From contig MU053513.1 of NCBI GenBank assembly GCA_013239625.1, forward strand, positions 2,344,927-2,408,926: a stretch of 64,000 bases of DNA, written 5' to 3'. Below the pieces are notes generated by a model that saw only the letters and a program-made list of their open reading frames with translations, searched no databases and was not told the origin of the DNA. The stretch's first letter is position 1. Every line of letters begins with the position of its first letter. This stretch comes from Lama guanicoe. Taxonomy: Eukaryota. A program made the translations under genes and the position numbers. Below, in pieces: positions 50,499 to 63,990 of this stretch.

Positions 50499-50679
50499 AC
50501 ACACAAATGGAGAGCACTTTCGAGCAGCTGGAGCACATGCCTGCAACCTCAGGGACTGTCATGTTTCACTCACCGACTTACAGTGGCAGGACCACGTTTT
50601 CAGATAACCCAGAGGTCATCAGAAAATTGAATTAAGTAGGTGGGCAGTGGTGGAGTGATGATAGAAGGTCCCAGCTCCT

Positions 50680-51120
50680 TCGGCTCTCGGTCAACACATC
50701 CTTCGGTAATGTTCTCCATGTTCACTTGGGGTTTGGCCAGATGACTTGCTTCGGGTAATGGGACAAGCAAATGGGGTGCAAGTGAAGACCTGAAAGGTGC
50801 TTGTGCCTGGGGCTCGTCTTCCTGCTGCCTTGGAACCCTGCCACCATGAGAACAAACCCTCTGGACAATGAGAGATCCTAGGTCCAGTCTTCAACCCATA
50901 GCTGAACAACCACCAGACATATTACTGAGACCAACTGGGACCAGCTGGCACCCAGCTAACCCGCCAAGGGACCACAGAAGCATGAGCCAGATCAACACAG
51001 AATCAGACAAGCCCATCCCAGCCCAGAAGAGCCACACATTATTGTGAACTGAGTAAATGAACGTAGTTTTAAGCCATTAATTTTGGAGGTAGTTTGTTTT
51101 GTAAAAATATGTAACTGATA
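50680..51120 (+). mobile_element. MaLR LTR (MLT1H/I-like)
   Basis: ggccagatgacttgctt...gccaccatgagaacaa...gttttaagccattaattttggaggtagtttgtt...taactgata. Confidence 0.7.
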
Positions 51121-54100
51121 AATAAGTATTTCTTCTGTATAATACAGAGAACCATATTCAATATCTTGTAATAACCTTTAATGAAAAGTATATGAAAACG
51201 AATATATGTGTGTGTACATATATATATATATACATATATGTACACACACTTAAAAAAGAGAAATGGTTAAAATGATAAATTTTATGTTACTTAAATTTAC
51301 CATAATAAAGAAAAAACCCAACACTGCACATTCCTAGACCCCACCTCTTACCCACTAAGTCACCATCTCCAGGGCAGGAAGAGATTTGTACTAGACTATC
51401 CTGTCTCCCAAATTACTTTAGTGTATAACCCAAAAGAACATACTTACACCCCAGATCAGAATAAAACTGAGTCTCCTCCTCCTTACATACCAGGGCAATA
51501 TCTGGGAAAGTCACAAGACATTGGCTTTGTTTGAAGGATTAAGTTCCATAATTCCTTCATTAGGGAAAAGCACCAGATTTCAGATAAAGCACACTACAAG
51601 AGGAAGCCCTTACTACCCTAGAGTCAAAAGCTGGCAAAACCTTCCATTTGTTTAGGCATCAAGGAAAAATACCACATTGAATCCAAAAGGTAATTCTAAC
51701 CTTTTTATTCTCCTGCAGTATTGGAACAAGAATAAACTGAATCACTGTCTGAAAAGAACAAGCTGTGTGAGTTCACTTCCCTTTCACAGTCACTGGATCT
51801 GAGTAATAATGAAACAATGTTGCATGTAAACGATTCTAAAATAATTTCTATTCTAGGTATGAAAACACAGCTTCTCTTCTATAAGAAGGCTGACTGTTAT
51901 TTACGCAAGATAGAACTTTCAAATAGTATCCTCGGGTAGGTAATTTGCACGGTAGAAACGATTCCATATTCTGCGGTGTATAATTACAAGAGAGAGTTTC
52001 ATCTTCAAACATTTCACACATATTCATCACAGAACTTTTAATGCCTTTGGATTTTTGATGGATTACTCAATGATGGCACAAAATCTCTAAGGGAATTTTA
52101 AAACTCTAAACTTTAAAAATTTAAGTTCTATTAATGAGAAAAAAAACCCCAAAATGCAAATGATATGTAAAGGAAACTAGGTTTTCTTTTCCTGTGAATA
52201 ATGCCCTAAATTCTGCTCAGCACAGAACATAATTCATCTCCTTGTCAAAAGTCCTTTTAGACCATCATTGAATCTGGAATCAGAATACACTTTGTTCAAT
52301 TACACAATGTAATTGCCCTAAACATTTTTTTTTTTTGCTTTAAAATGTCATTGATGGAGTGTTTCTATGCTAGGTACAATCAAAAACTGTTAGTATCAAA
52401 TGTAAGCTTTATCAGAGATCATCTAATTTTATTTCTTTAGTACAAAATGAAAGAAAAGATTGAATCTTGACCTATACCCACTATAGCATTCAAGTGGTGG
52501 TAATTTGGTTGCCTGGATTCTGTTCCAGAAGGATCAGCTAATACAAGTCCTAGAAAAGCTTTAATCCATATGATGAGGTCTTCCATAGCATGGCACTGCT
52601 TGGTCGGAAGCTGCCTATAGAAGATTTTTAGGTCATTTTGAGCCAGGGCTAGCCTAATCTGCTGCTGCCCTGCTCCACGTTTCATACAAAACTACTCCCC
52701 CAGCTAGACCCCTCACAACCTCGGCATGTTCCTTCACACCTCCGTGCCATTGTTCATAGTTGTCTCCTCTCCGAATGGTCGACTTTTTCTTGAAACTAGG
52801 AGTTACTGCCTCCATAAAACCTTACTTGTGCGTCTCCTACTTGTGAGAACCAATCCTTTATCACTTAGTTTTACTCCCCAAATTTCTCCTCACTTACAGG
52901 GTTATTTTCTCTTTTTGTTTCAAAGTCCTCTATTGTGGAAAAACAAACAACCTCCCCCCCAGATTTGTTGTGTAATTTGCACTTCACAGGACCTCCCCTC
53001 CCCCCGCCAGCACACTCAGCCTGCGGGTGTACCAACCCATCAGCCACTTATTCTCCCGGGGCTCTCATGACATTGCTGGCTCTGACCCTTCTGGGAACAC
53101 ATCTTGTTAAAATTGAACATGTCCTGGAACAATTCCTAGAAGGCTATTCTCATGCATTAAAGTGCCATTTTCTCCCCTGTCATCTCTGATGGTCTCACCT
53201 GCTTGAATGTTGTGATACGATTTCCACCTCACACCTTTGCAGGCTCTTTTCTCGCTTGGAATTCTATGGAGACACTAACACTGGAATAAGGGGAGAGACC
53301 AAATGTGCTCACTGCGTACATTTTCTTCCTGGCAATACCATCCTCGTTCCAAACTCTACACGCTGGAAGAAGTTCCACAGTTGTTTCATAAATCCAAGCC
53401 TCTGGTCTCAGCTCCGCAAATAAGCATTATTGTGAGGATCCCTAATATATGTGCAGAATGGTTAAAATCTTGTTTCCAACCTGAAACCATAGCCCTTAAA
53501 GCCTGGCTTTTCTTTCCATTTAACCTGCACATTACTGGAGCTGTGGGCAGGGCAGGATTTCAACAATCTAAATTGAAAACTTACCTGTGCAAAAGAACAC
53601 TGTGCTGGCATGAGATTGTGAATGTTTCTGAGGGCAAGGACCACATCTCTTTCACATGTGTCATCTGAAAGCTGCGGGCAGTGTCTGGTGCAGAGCAGGC
53701 ACTTAAAACAACCCTGCTGAGTGAGGGGTGAGACGTGGTGGCTGCTCCACACGTGCACAGTCTACACACTCTGATACAAAGGAATGTCTGCACATGTTGG
53801 AGAGGTGACCTGGTATGAGGAAACACCACCTGGCCTGGCTCAGGCTTATAAGACAGGAATTCAAAGCCTGGTTCTGCCCCAAGTTAGCTGTGCAATTCTG
53901 TGCACTTCACTTAACCTCTCTGGGTCTCAATCTCTTTTACGAATGGGATCGGGCCATCCTGCCTGCCACTTTACAATAAGGCCATGTTTGTGGAAGTCCT
54001 TTGTGGATGATAAAGGTGCCGACAGCACTGCCACACAACTGAGCCACATTTCTTAAGAGCAGAACTTTCATCAAAGAGGGTGACATCTAGTCTGTCTCTT

Positions 54101-54740
54101 TTACTGATGCATTCATTGCCGACACACTTATTCTGCTCTTCCTGGGCTCTATGCCAGTTGCTGAGAATGAAATGATTAACCAAGAGAGTCACGGTCCCTT
54201 CCCTTATGGAGCCAACAGGCTCACAGATGACACAGACATGCATTTAATAAACACGCGCATACATATCAAAGGTGATGGTGGCAAGCACTACATACAGGAA
54301 TTGAACTCTAGGAGAGACAGAAAGCAGAGAAGAGAAAAGGGAGAGGAAGGAAAGAAGAAATAGTAATTTGAAAAGTGCTGGTAACTTGACCATCAATAAG
54401 AGTGGGTCCCATATAATTTTGAGGTAGGGTCTATGGATCTGCGCTTCCCTTACTCCGTCCCGGTTGCTCCTACCTCTCAAGGGGAGTCTTAGTGTTGAAA
54501 GGTACAAAGTTTTATGTAACATAGAACTAAACGGAAGCTGACCCAAGACACGCCGGTCTGTCCCAGTGGCGGATGATTTACAACTGGCGGGTAATTCTGA
54601 CCATATGTAATTGTCTCCATAAAGCTCACTCCAGAACTAACCCCAGTCTTGAGCTACACTAAAAAGTTTGGGGTTTAGGCTTGGGTAGACAGGAAAGGAG
54701 TCTTTTTAGGCCCCTAGTCTGGGCATAATCTCACATTTCT

Positions 54741-55152
54741 TTTTTTTTTTTTTAACATTTTTTATTGATTTAAAATCATTTTACAGTGTTGTGTCAAATT
54801 CCAGTGGTCAGCACAATTTTTCAGTCATTCATGGACATATACACACTCATTGTCACTTTTTTTCTCTGTGATTTATCATAACATTTTGTGTATATTTCCC
54901 TGTGCTATACAGTGTAATCTTGTTTATCTATTCTACAATTTTGAAATCCCAGTCTATCCCTTCCCACCCTCTACCCCCCTGGTAACCACAAGTCTGTATT
55001 CTCTGTCCATGAGTCTTTAGATTCCACATATGAGCGATCTCATATGGTATTTTTCTTTCTCTTTCTGGCTTACTTCACTTAGAATGACATTCTCTAGGAG
55101 CATCCATGTTGCTGCAAATGGCGTTATGTTGTCGGTTTTTATGGCTGAGTAG
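54741..55152 (-). mobile_element. Young 5'-truncated L1 (412 bp) with perfect 15-bp TSD, same subfamily as 23841-25489
   Basis: TSD taatctcacatttct at 54726-54740 and 55153-55167; pure T tract (poly(A) on the minus strand); about 8 differences from the 23.8-kb copy over about 400 bp by hand count. Confidence 0.97.
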
Positions 55153-56431
55153 TAATCTCACATTTCTATAGGGGCTAAGAGCACCTTTCTAATAATCTTC
55201 TCTGGAGTTTGGGCCAGAAGTCTAGTAAAAACTGAAGCAGGACTTCTGTCTCTGGCTGGTTACTGTCCCGTGTGTGTTCTTCTCCTGGCACTGCAAGCGA
55301 TGACCTCTGTGGTCTGCGGCAGTGTGGGGGATTTCCCCAAGTCCCCTCCCATGGGGGCCCAAGAATAGCATCTCAGGGGCACTCCAGTTTCTAAAATTCA
55401 ATGCACTAGTTACCCCAAATGAGGGTTGTAGGTATGTCTTGTGGTTTTTAATATATTTCATTCATGTTCTTTTTCTCTGTCATTTAAAATGAAACTTAAG
55501 AAAAGATGTACATCTCGTTCACCAGGAGGCTGCAATTCAGCTTCTGAGAAACTTTGGGAGATGCATCACTCACTCCAGGTCACGTCATTCCGAATTTAGT
55601 TGTGAACAGTTTGGTCACAGAGAAATTCTCACCTTACCTAGTAAAACAAAGTCATTTTGGAAAGAGAGCCAATGACCAAATTAATTCTTTTATGGAGCTG
55701 TCTGATTTGATTAAGTGGTTATACTGCATTTTAAGACTCATTAAAGCTATCAAGCCATTTTGTAAGTGATTTTTTTTTCCCTAAAGTCTTTACATTTACT
55801 GTCCTGGAAGGCTTTTGGTGTCAATCAAAATAGATGACAGTGCTAAATCACTGGCTTCAAAACATAATTCAGCAGTGGGCGAATTCAGCTGTCTCTGTGA
55901 AATACGACCTTGCAAGAGTGGCTGATTTGCCAGTTGTCTTCTCTGATAAGAAAAATGTATTTATAATGACATTGTGGCTGTATGTATACTTCACAGGGTA
56001 TGCTGTTTTATAACAAGTTTGCTTAATCTTAAAGAAATGTCATCCAATACTGGGTGAAAGGGGGAAACTTTAAAAACAAGTTTTTTTCCTCTCTTTCTCC
56101 TTTTCAACTGAAGCTTCCTCAAATAGATTCTACGTCAGGAAGCTCCAGCAGAGAGAAATTCACAGTTGAAAACAGAAGAAATATGGCTTTACGGGAGAGC
56201 TTAATGAAAGAAAGAGGAGACAGTTGGATAAATCCGCACAAAGGACGTGAACAATGAGCATTTTTGAGAGCTGAAAGCTAAACATAACACAGTAGAGAGT
56301 TAACTGCTTAGATACAAAGAATCGAGCCTGGCTCCACCAGGCGTTTGCAGAGTTCTCCGGTGATAACAATTTCCTTAAACTGAAATCTCAGAGATTCGCC
56401 ATTGTAGTTGCAGTCATTATTTCTAGTGATA

Positions 56432-56896
56432 CAGGCAAACTTTGTTTTATTGCACTTCGCTTTATTGGGGTTCACAGATTTTTTTTTTTTTTTTTTTTTA
56501 CAAATTAAAAGTTTGTGGCAATACTGCACTGAGCAAATCTATTGGGACCATTTTTCCAACAGCATTTGCTCACTTCGTGTCTCTCTGTTACATTTTGGTA
56601 ATTCTCATGATATTACAAACTTTTTCATTCTTATTATATTTGATCTTTGGTGTTCCTACTGTGACTTGCTGAAGGCTCAGATGATGGCTTAGCATTTTTA
56701 GCAATAAGTTATTTTTTTAAATTAAGGCATATACATTATTTTTTTATTGCACACTTAATAGACTACAGTATAACATATGAATAACTTTTATACTCACTGG
56801 GAAGCTGAAACAATCTGTGCAACTTGCTTTATTGTGATATTTGCTTTTTTTGTGATGATCTGGAGCCAAACCCACAGTATCTCAGAGATATGCTTG
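56432..56896. mobile_element. Internally deleted Tigger1 derivative (Tigger1a-like MITE) with TA TSD
   Basis: ta|caggcaaactttgttttattgcacttcgctttattg ... cagtatctcagagatatgcttg|ta: both Tigger1 ends joined in 465 bp. Confidence 0.88.
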
Positions 56897-57886
56897 TACA
56901 AGAAAAGTATAAGCAGGAACTAAATTACCATGTGACCAGAGAAAAGTGCAGCAACATTCCACATTTTTCACAAAATTTATGAGAGAAGGCTTCAGTGAAA
57001 CGTAATGCTGGGACATGAGAGATGCTACTGTTTAATGGGTACCAAGAGCTCTCAATATATGTGGGTTAATAAAGTGTTCAGTAATTTAATAAACATCGAC
57101 TCAGCCTTTGCTATTTCCCAAATTTTGCACTGAGAGGTGGGATGACAAAGAAAAATTACAGTCCAGTCCAGGCCTTGGAGGCTTGTGAAGTCGCTGAGCA
57201 GACAGAAACGTAAAGATGCAGTTAGTGCAGCACAGAGACAGACGAAACACCACAGCATCGCAGAGGAAAGAGCTGCCAGTGCCAGCGTGTTCACAAAGGC
57301 ATCTCGGTGGGGGTGATACTTGAGTTTCTTAAAGTATAAGTAGGTACCAACCAGAGAGAAAGAAGTGTCTGCATGGCACCCAGAGAACCTGTTAGGGAAC
57401 TGGGAAAGGTTGAGGCATCCGAGATCTAAGCGAGTGGATGGCCAAGGAGGGTGCTGAGGCTAGAAGGGCAAGTTGATTTCCACGTTAAGGAGAGGGGTCT
57501 TTATCCTGTAGGCAAGAGGCAGCCAATTGGAAGGTAGCTTAGGCGCCAGTGGGTAACCAGAGAGGGCATGCTGCCCTAAAGGCATGTACCATCCAATGGA
57601 AGGCACACTGTTGGGCAAACACACAAGAATCATTTGTGGGCCCAGCAAACAAGGGAGAGTTGGTGGCAGTCTTTATTTGATTATTTAAAACAGAGGGTGG
57701 TGGGACCAGAATTGCACTTTAAAAAAGTAATTGGTGGCATCTAAGAGAAAGAATTGATGCGAGGAGTATCTGGGGACAGAAAGAGCTTAGGAAGGCTCTT
57801 AAAAAGAAAACGAGGAGGATCTACATCAAATGGTAGCAGCAGAGATAGAGATGGAAAAAGTTAGAAGGTAGGATTGCAAGACAGAG

Positions 57887-58600
57887 TCATTCATTCATTC
57901 AAGAAGTATTAGACACACTGTAAAATGATTATGAATCAATAAAAAATGTAAAAAAAAAAAAAGAAGTATTGATTTCAATGCCAGGCATGGGGGGTACAGT
58001 ACCAAGCAGGGAAGACGGGAGCTGTATGTCTTCACCATAGATTTACAGACAGCATACAGAGGGGCGCAGAGGAAACCAAACCCCTGGGTGTGGGAAATGA
58101 AGGAGAAGGGGTCGAGAATTACTTCAGGGATTTGCTTTTGGGAAATCCATCCCTCCACAGACTACAGAAATTGCTAACTTCCTCTTCATCATAGAAACCG
58201 CTGATGACACACTGTGAATATTTATTTATTTCTCTGCCAAAAAAGAAATTTCCTCCACACATTTATCTATTTTTGTTAGGAACAAAAATTAAATGGGCCG
58301 TAAGATGTAAATAAATTTGAGAATTCAGGAACAAGCACTAGTGTGTGTGTTGTCAGGAGAGGTGTTAAGGGAATGCGTTAGGTCTTCAGCATGTGAATTT
58401 AAGATGCCTGCAAAGCATCCAGGTGAAAATGTCCAGTAAGCAGCTAGGCCTACGGGCTGGGAGCTCATGTGACAGATCTGAGCTAGAAGAATAGTCTGAA
58501 GTCTCACTCGGGGAGATGTGGAAACTGATGTCAAGGAACTGAAAACACCTGCCCAAGACAAAGAGAGAACCAGCAGAAGAAGCTGAGGTAGAGATGAACC
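57887..58600 (-). mobile_element. Decayed L2 fragments
   Basis: cattcattcattca...tgccaggca tail and tttaagatgcctg...catccaggtgaaaatgtccagtaagcagct. Confidence 0.6.
57911..57960 (+). mobile_element. 50-bp extreme 3' end of the young L1 family with 10-bp TSD, nested in an L2 tail
   Basis: aagaagtatt|agacacactgtaaaatgattatgaatcaataaaaaatgt(a)n|aagaagtatt; the insert matches the reverse complement of about 54745-54796. Confidence 0.88.
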
Positions 58601-59349
58601 CAGGGATTAAAATAAGGGCGGGAATAAGAGATGTTTATGGCAACTGAATGAGAAGTGGTCAGGGGGATTCAGGCTAAAACGTTAATAAAAACAGTGATTT
58701 TCAGATAATGCTCAGTGGGTATGTGTTTAACAGTTCCGTGCCTCAGCTTTCAAATCTAGGTATTTGTTCACTTACATGTAATGATGCAAGACTGGGCTGA
58801 GCCCTAAAAGTCACCTCTCAATTGACATATGGCCTCAGATTTATGTTTTCTTTGGAATCGTCTTGTATTGGCTTTCTGCAAACCACCAATCTTTGCAATT
58901 CTGTTTGCCACAGAATAAAGCCTCCTTCGAATTTTGTTGAATTGATTGGACCCATAGAATGCTGTTTCTCTTCTGTCCGCTTCTCCAGATCTGTTCAGTC
59001 TGGTCTTTAGCTATCTTGGTAAAGGAGAAGGTCGAATTAACTCCCCCAAGCTAACGGGCAAATGTAATGTTTCTGACTCATCTAATGCAAAGTACGTATT
59101 CAGTCTTCTTCTCGAAGGTAAAAGTTTTGAAGGTTCTTTTTCTTTTTTTTAAAATAACTTTATTTTTTCCTGTATCATTAACAGAAAAATTAAAACACAA
59201 ACATAGGGCAGAAAATAACCATCACCTAATATTATCACTTGGGTGGGGGTAACCACTATTAATAGTTTGGTACAGATAATTCCATGTGAATTAGATTTGC
59301 ACGTACTTTTTTTTTAATGAAAACTGAATATGCACTGTATTCACTCTTT

Positions 59350-59780
59350 TCTCCCTTCTGCTCTGGGGAGCTGATCTTTAGGGATGAATCGATGGACTCC
59401 ATTTACCATCTGGCTTTCCGCTGAGTTTGGCTAGTGAGAGGCACTGCAGGAGCTGAGAGAGTGAAAGGAGAGAGGCTGGGATCTCCCCCTCTGCTTCCCT
59501 CCTTATGCGGTCTTCATTCATCTACTAAAGGCCACAGTTCCACCAGGAAGCCTTCTCTTTACCCTCTGTGGGATCCTATACTACTTCGACTCTTTGCCTC
59601 TTCAGACTAGAGATGGTAAATTCTCCCTGCCATTTACAAACCCCAAGGTACTGCATTATCCCTCGATGATTTCCCTAAATTCCAACAGAGGATTCAAAGT
59701 CTTGCAGGATTAATTAGCTGTCTTTCTACGAAATTCTTAAATCACCCACTTTGAGGGTGTTCTCTGGTTTGCTTCCAGGA
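59350..59780 (-). mobile_element. Old ERVL-type LTR (LTR16/33-like)
   Basis: tctggctttccgctgagtttggctagtgagaggcactgcaggag...ttgcctcttcagactagagatggtaa...acccactttgagggtgttctctgg..tgcttcc. Confidence 0.5.
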
Positions 59781-60479
59781 AGAATTTACTTTATAAAATG
59801 CTTTTGCCAGTTGTCAGTGTTCCACTTTTCCATTGGCTCCTAGGTAAAAGTGGGGGGTGTATTTGAGATGATTAAATGGGAAAGGGAGCAGAAAAGAATC
59901 TGGGAAGGCATAAACTGCCTTCTTTTAGAGACTGGCTGTCTGCACAGAGCCATGGTTAATTCCTCTGAAATATTTCTACTCAACCACTTAGAAATGAGCA
60001 ACAGAGACAGCAGAAGGCGGAGGAGGTCCACACTTCACCCTGACAGAACTGACAGATTGGGGGATGAAATCTCATGTGTCTGGATTTTAAGGTAACTGCT
60101 GTTTGAGTTCATGTTCAGAACCATCAATTCTGTGGTAGAGAAGTTCCATAAATCAGGATGCTATACGGTGAGCGATGCATGAAGTTGCAAAGGTGCTTTT
60201 GTACTATTTTTGGCCACTGTACAAAGAAACTAAGGTGGCAAGAAAAAGAATCTTCAAAAGTAGAAAACGATATCCTTTTGATGGAGGTTGGGGATGGGAT
60301 AGGGCTGTGTAATGCAGCCTTACACTTTCTTTAACTGGAAACCACCCAGGAAGAATGGAAAAGTGAAAACAAAAACTCACGTTTTTAAAAAAAAAACCTT
60401 TAAAAGAGACTCTAACATACTTTTAATATTTTCTAAAAGCAACAGTTCTCAAAGGAAGAAATGGAGAAAGTCTGAGGAG

Positions 60480-61680
60480 AGATCTTAAGAGCTCAGCGGT
60501 AGGAGCCCAGCCTTGACAGATCTCAGGAAATGCCACAAAAAATTCTGTTCCTGAAAGTAAGAGATGTAGCTTGAAAGACAGAAGCTGTACAAGAAAGACA
60601 GCAGAATTAAAGAAATGAAAGCAAAAAGGAGCACAAGAGTGAACACTTACCATGGAACACGTGGTAAATTCATAGGGAATTGAAATGAGAAAGTTAATGC
60701 AATGAAACTGAAATAAAGAAAGGCCTAGGATAATCGAAGAGACATATTTCAGTAAAATTACTGCGCTTAAAAGATAAAGAATGACTCTTTTGGGAAGACA
60801 GGTGGAAAGATCAAGTCACTTTTATGAGAAGAAAAAAAATCAAGCTGACCTCATATTTTTGTATAGCAACACTGAACACCAGATGCAATACTTACAAGAT
60901 TCTCAAGGAAAGAAAGTTTAAGATAAAGTTTGTATTATACACACACATTCTTCTTCAAGCATAAATATTACAAACAACAACTCTAAAGATGCAAAAGCTG
61001 GAGGGATAGTATTTTGCTGATCTGTTTTTGTGAAAAATAATAAAGAACAACATTCAGTCAGTTGAGAAGTTTGGAAAAAGATTGGAGGAGATTAAATATA
61101 TTTAACAATACCACTAAAACTATAAAAAAAACATTGGTTAGTGTGGCAGATAAAGTACAACTGAGAAGTTGGGAGGAGAGGGAAAGAAACTGGAAGGAAA
61201 AAGTAAGTGCATTTATTGTCTTGTGCAAGAGCTGGACATCGTTTAGAGTTGACAAATCAAGAAGTAAAAATCTGAATATACTTAACTATATCAAAGCAAA
61301 TACCAAGAAAGATAATACTGACTGAAATCAATATGCAGAGAAGAGATGAGTGGAGAGAGGAGGAGGAACTATACTAACTACTCACCTCTTCACGGTTTTA
61401 ACTAATAAGAATAGACAGTCATTGAACATGACTACAAGTCATTTATAATTAAAGATAACTATAGAAGAAGGCAAACTTTTCATTAAGGGCACAAAAGAAC
61501 TTCACAAAGAAAACAAAGAGAAGAAAACTGATCATGGTGGCAAAAATTTTAAAAACAGCAAAAATATGTAATATAAAATAGAGATGGAACTGATACAACA
61601 TACATCTAACTGGACCAAAATTACCTACCAAATGAAAATGCATTTCAGATGTGATGTTTAGTTTACAAGAGATGCAATCA
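60480..61680 (+). mobile_element. Ancient decayed L1 (ORF1 to start of ORF2), resuming at about 63298-63400
   Basis: A-rich strand with caagctgacctcatatttt..atagcaacactgaacaccaga (ORF1-like) and tttacaagagatgca (endonuclease QET-like); continues after the nested L1. Confidence 0.55.
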
Positions 61681-61696
61681 AAATAAAGGGATTTAG

Positions 61697-63281
61697 CCAA
61701 AGCAATCTATAGATTTAATGCAATTCCCAGCAAATCACCTGTGACATTTTTCACAGAACTAGAACAAATAGTCTTAAAATTTATATGGAATCGTGAAAGA
61801 TCCAGAATTGCCAAAGCAATCCTAAGGAAAAAGAACAAAACTGGAAACATAACCTTACCAGACTTCAGACAATACTATAGAGCTACAGTAATCAAAACAG
61901 TGTGATATTGGCACAAAAACAGACATATGGATCAATGGAGCAGAATAGAGAGCCCAGAAATAAACCTATAGACCTATGATCAATTAATCTTAAATAAAGG
62001 AGGCAAGAATATATAATGGAGAAAAGACAGTCTATTCAGCAAGTGGTGTTGAGAGAACTGGACGGCCACATGTTTATCAGTGAAGTTAGAACATTTCCCA
62101 CACACAAAAATAAACTCAAAATGGCTTAAAGTGTTAAACATAAGACAAGACACCATAAACCTCCTAGAAGAGAACATAGGCAAAATATTCTTTGACATAA
62201 ATCGTAGCAATGTTCTCCTAGGGCAGTCTCCCAGGACAATAGAAATAAAAGTGAAAATAAACAAATGGAACCTAATTAAACTTATAAGCTTTTGCATAGC
62301 AAAGGAAACTGGCAACAAAACAAAAAGACAACCTATGGACTGGGAGAAAATATTTGCAAACAATGTGACCAACAAGGGCTTAATTTCCAAAATACACAAA
62401 CAGCTCATACAACTCAGTAACAAAAAACCAAACAACCCAATCAAATAGTGAGCAGAAGACCTAAATAGACATTTCTCCAAAGAAGATATCCAGATGGCCA
62501 ATAGCCACATGAAAAGATGCTCAACATTGCTAATTATCAGAGAAAAGCAAATCGAAACTACAATGAGGTGCCACTTCACACCAGTGAGAATGGCCATCAT
62601 TAAAAAGTCTATAAATAAATGCTAGAGAAGATGTGGAGAAAAGGGAACCCTCCTACACTGTGGTGGGAATGTAAATTGGTGCAGCCAGTATTGAAAACTC
62701 TATGGAGCTTCCTTAAAAAACTGAAAATACAGTTACTATATGATCCTGCAGTCTCACTCCTGGGCATACATCAAGAGAAAACTCTAATTTGAGAAGATGC
62801 ATGCACCTCAGTGTTCATAGCAGCACTATTTACAAAAGCCAAGACAAGGAAGCAACCTAAATGTCCATTGACAGATGACTGGATAAAGAAGTTGTACAAT
62901 GGAATACTACTCAGCTATAAAAAAGAACAAAAAAACACCATTTGCAGCAACATGGATGGACCTGGAGATTGTCATACTAAATGAAGTAAGTCAGACAGAG
63001 AAAGACAAATATCATATGATATCACTTATAATGTGGACTCTAAAATATGATACAAATGAACTTATTTACAAAACAGAAACAGACTCACAGACATAGAAAA
63101 CAAGCTTATAGTTACCAAAGGAGAAAGGTGGGTGGTGGGAAGGGGCAAATTAGGAGTCTGGTATTTGCAGATACAAAATACTGTATAGAGAAAAGCTAAA
63201 CAGCAAGAACCTACTGTACAGCATGGGGAACTATATTCAGTATCTGTGATAACCTATAATGGAAAATAAAAAATAAAAAAC
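61697..63281 (+). mobile_element. Middle-aged 5'-truncated L1 (ORF2 C-terminus with stops and frameshifts, partial 3'UTR) with TSD
   Basis: ORF pieces 62080..62448 and 62899..63096 are ORF2-like; TSD aaataaagggatt[t/c]ag at 61681-61696 and 63282-63297. Confidence 0.93.
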
Positions 63282-63419
63282 AAATAAAGGGATTCAGAAA
63301 AGTATAAAAACCAAAAAACAAACAAACACAAAACCACCAAAGAATGGGCAGAAGTATATCAGCAAATGTAAACAAAACGCAGGGGTCACGATCTTAATAA
63401 AGCTTAGTAACAGACAATT

Positions 63420-63625
63420 TTTAACCTAACATCTATCTAGCACTTACTATATGCCAGATCTTACCTTAAGTGCTTTTTATATATTAACTTATGTAATCCT
63501 CTTCAAATCCAGTGAGATAGTTACTACCATTATGTCCATTTTTTTGGATGAAGAAACTGGGGAACAAAGACGTATAACTTTGTAAGTGTGAAAGTCTGAA
63601 TTTAAACTTAACCAATCTGGAATTT
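63420..63625 (-). mobile_element. MIR SINE
   Basis: agcacttactatatgccag...taatcctc...ccatttttttggatgaagaaactggg. Confidence 0.7.
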
Positions 63626-63814
63626 GTGAACTTAGTCACATTTCCTGCTTATCCAGGCAAAAAAGCATTAAGTGAGGAAAAAAAGGAATGTTAAAGGATG
63701 CGACTCGCAATGCAGAATATGAGTCACAAATCTGTATATACACAAAAAGACAGTATCAAGACTGATGCAGTAAAACCCAAAAGAGGTATTTTAAAGGAGA
63801 AATGATAGTAAAGG

Positions 63815-63990
63815 GACTTTAGTTTTCTTAACAACATAATGAGATGTAATTCACTTACCCTATCTTTCACACAACTGCATGTACAATCCAATGGCTTTTA
63901 CTATATTCATAGGGTTGTGCATCCAGCACTATGATCAATTTTAGAACATCTTCATTACCCCATAAAGAAACTCTGCATCCATTAGCTACA
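63815..63990 (-). mobile_element. Old L1 (L1MB-like) 3' end
   Basis: gagatgtaattcacttacc...tacaatccaatggctttt..tatattcatagggttgtgc...tcaattttagaacat. Confidence 0.75.
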
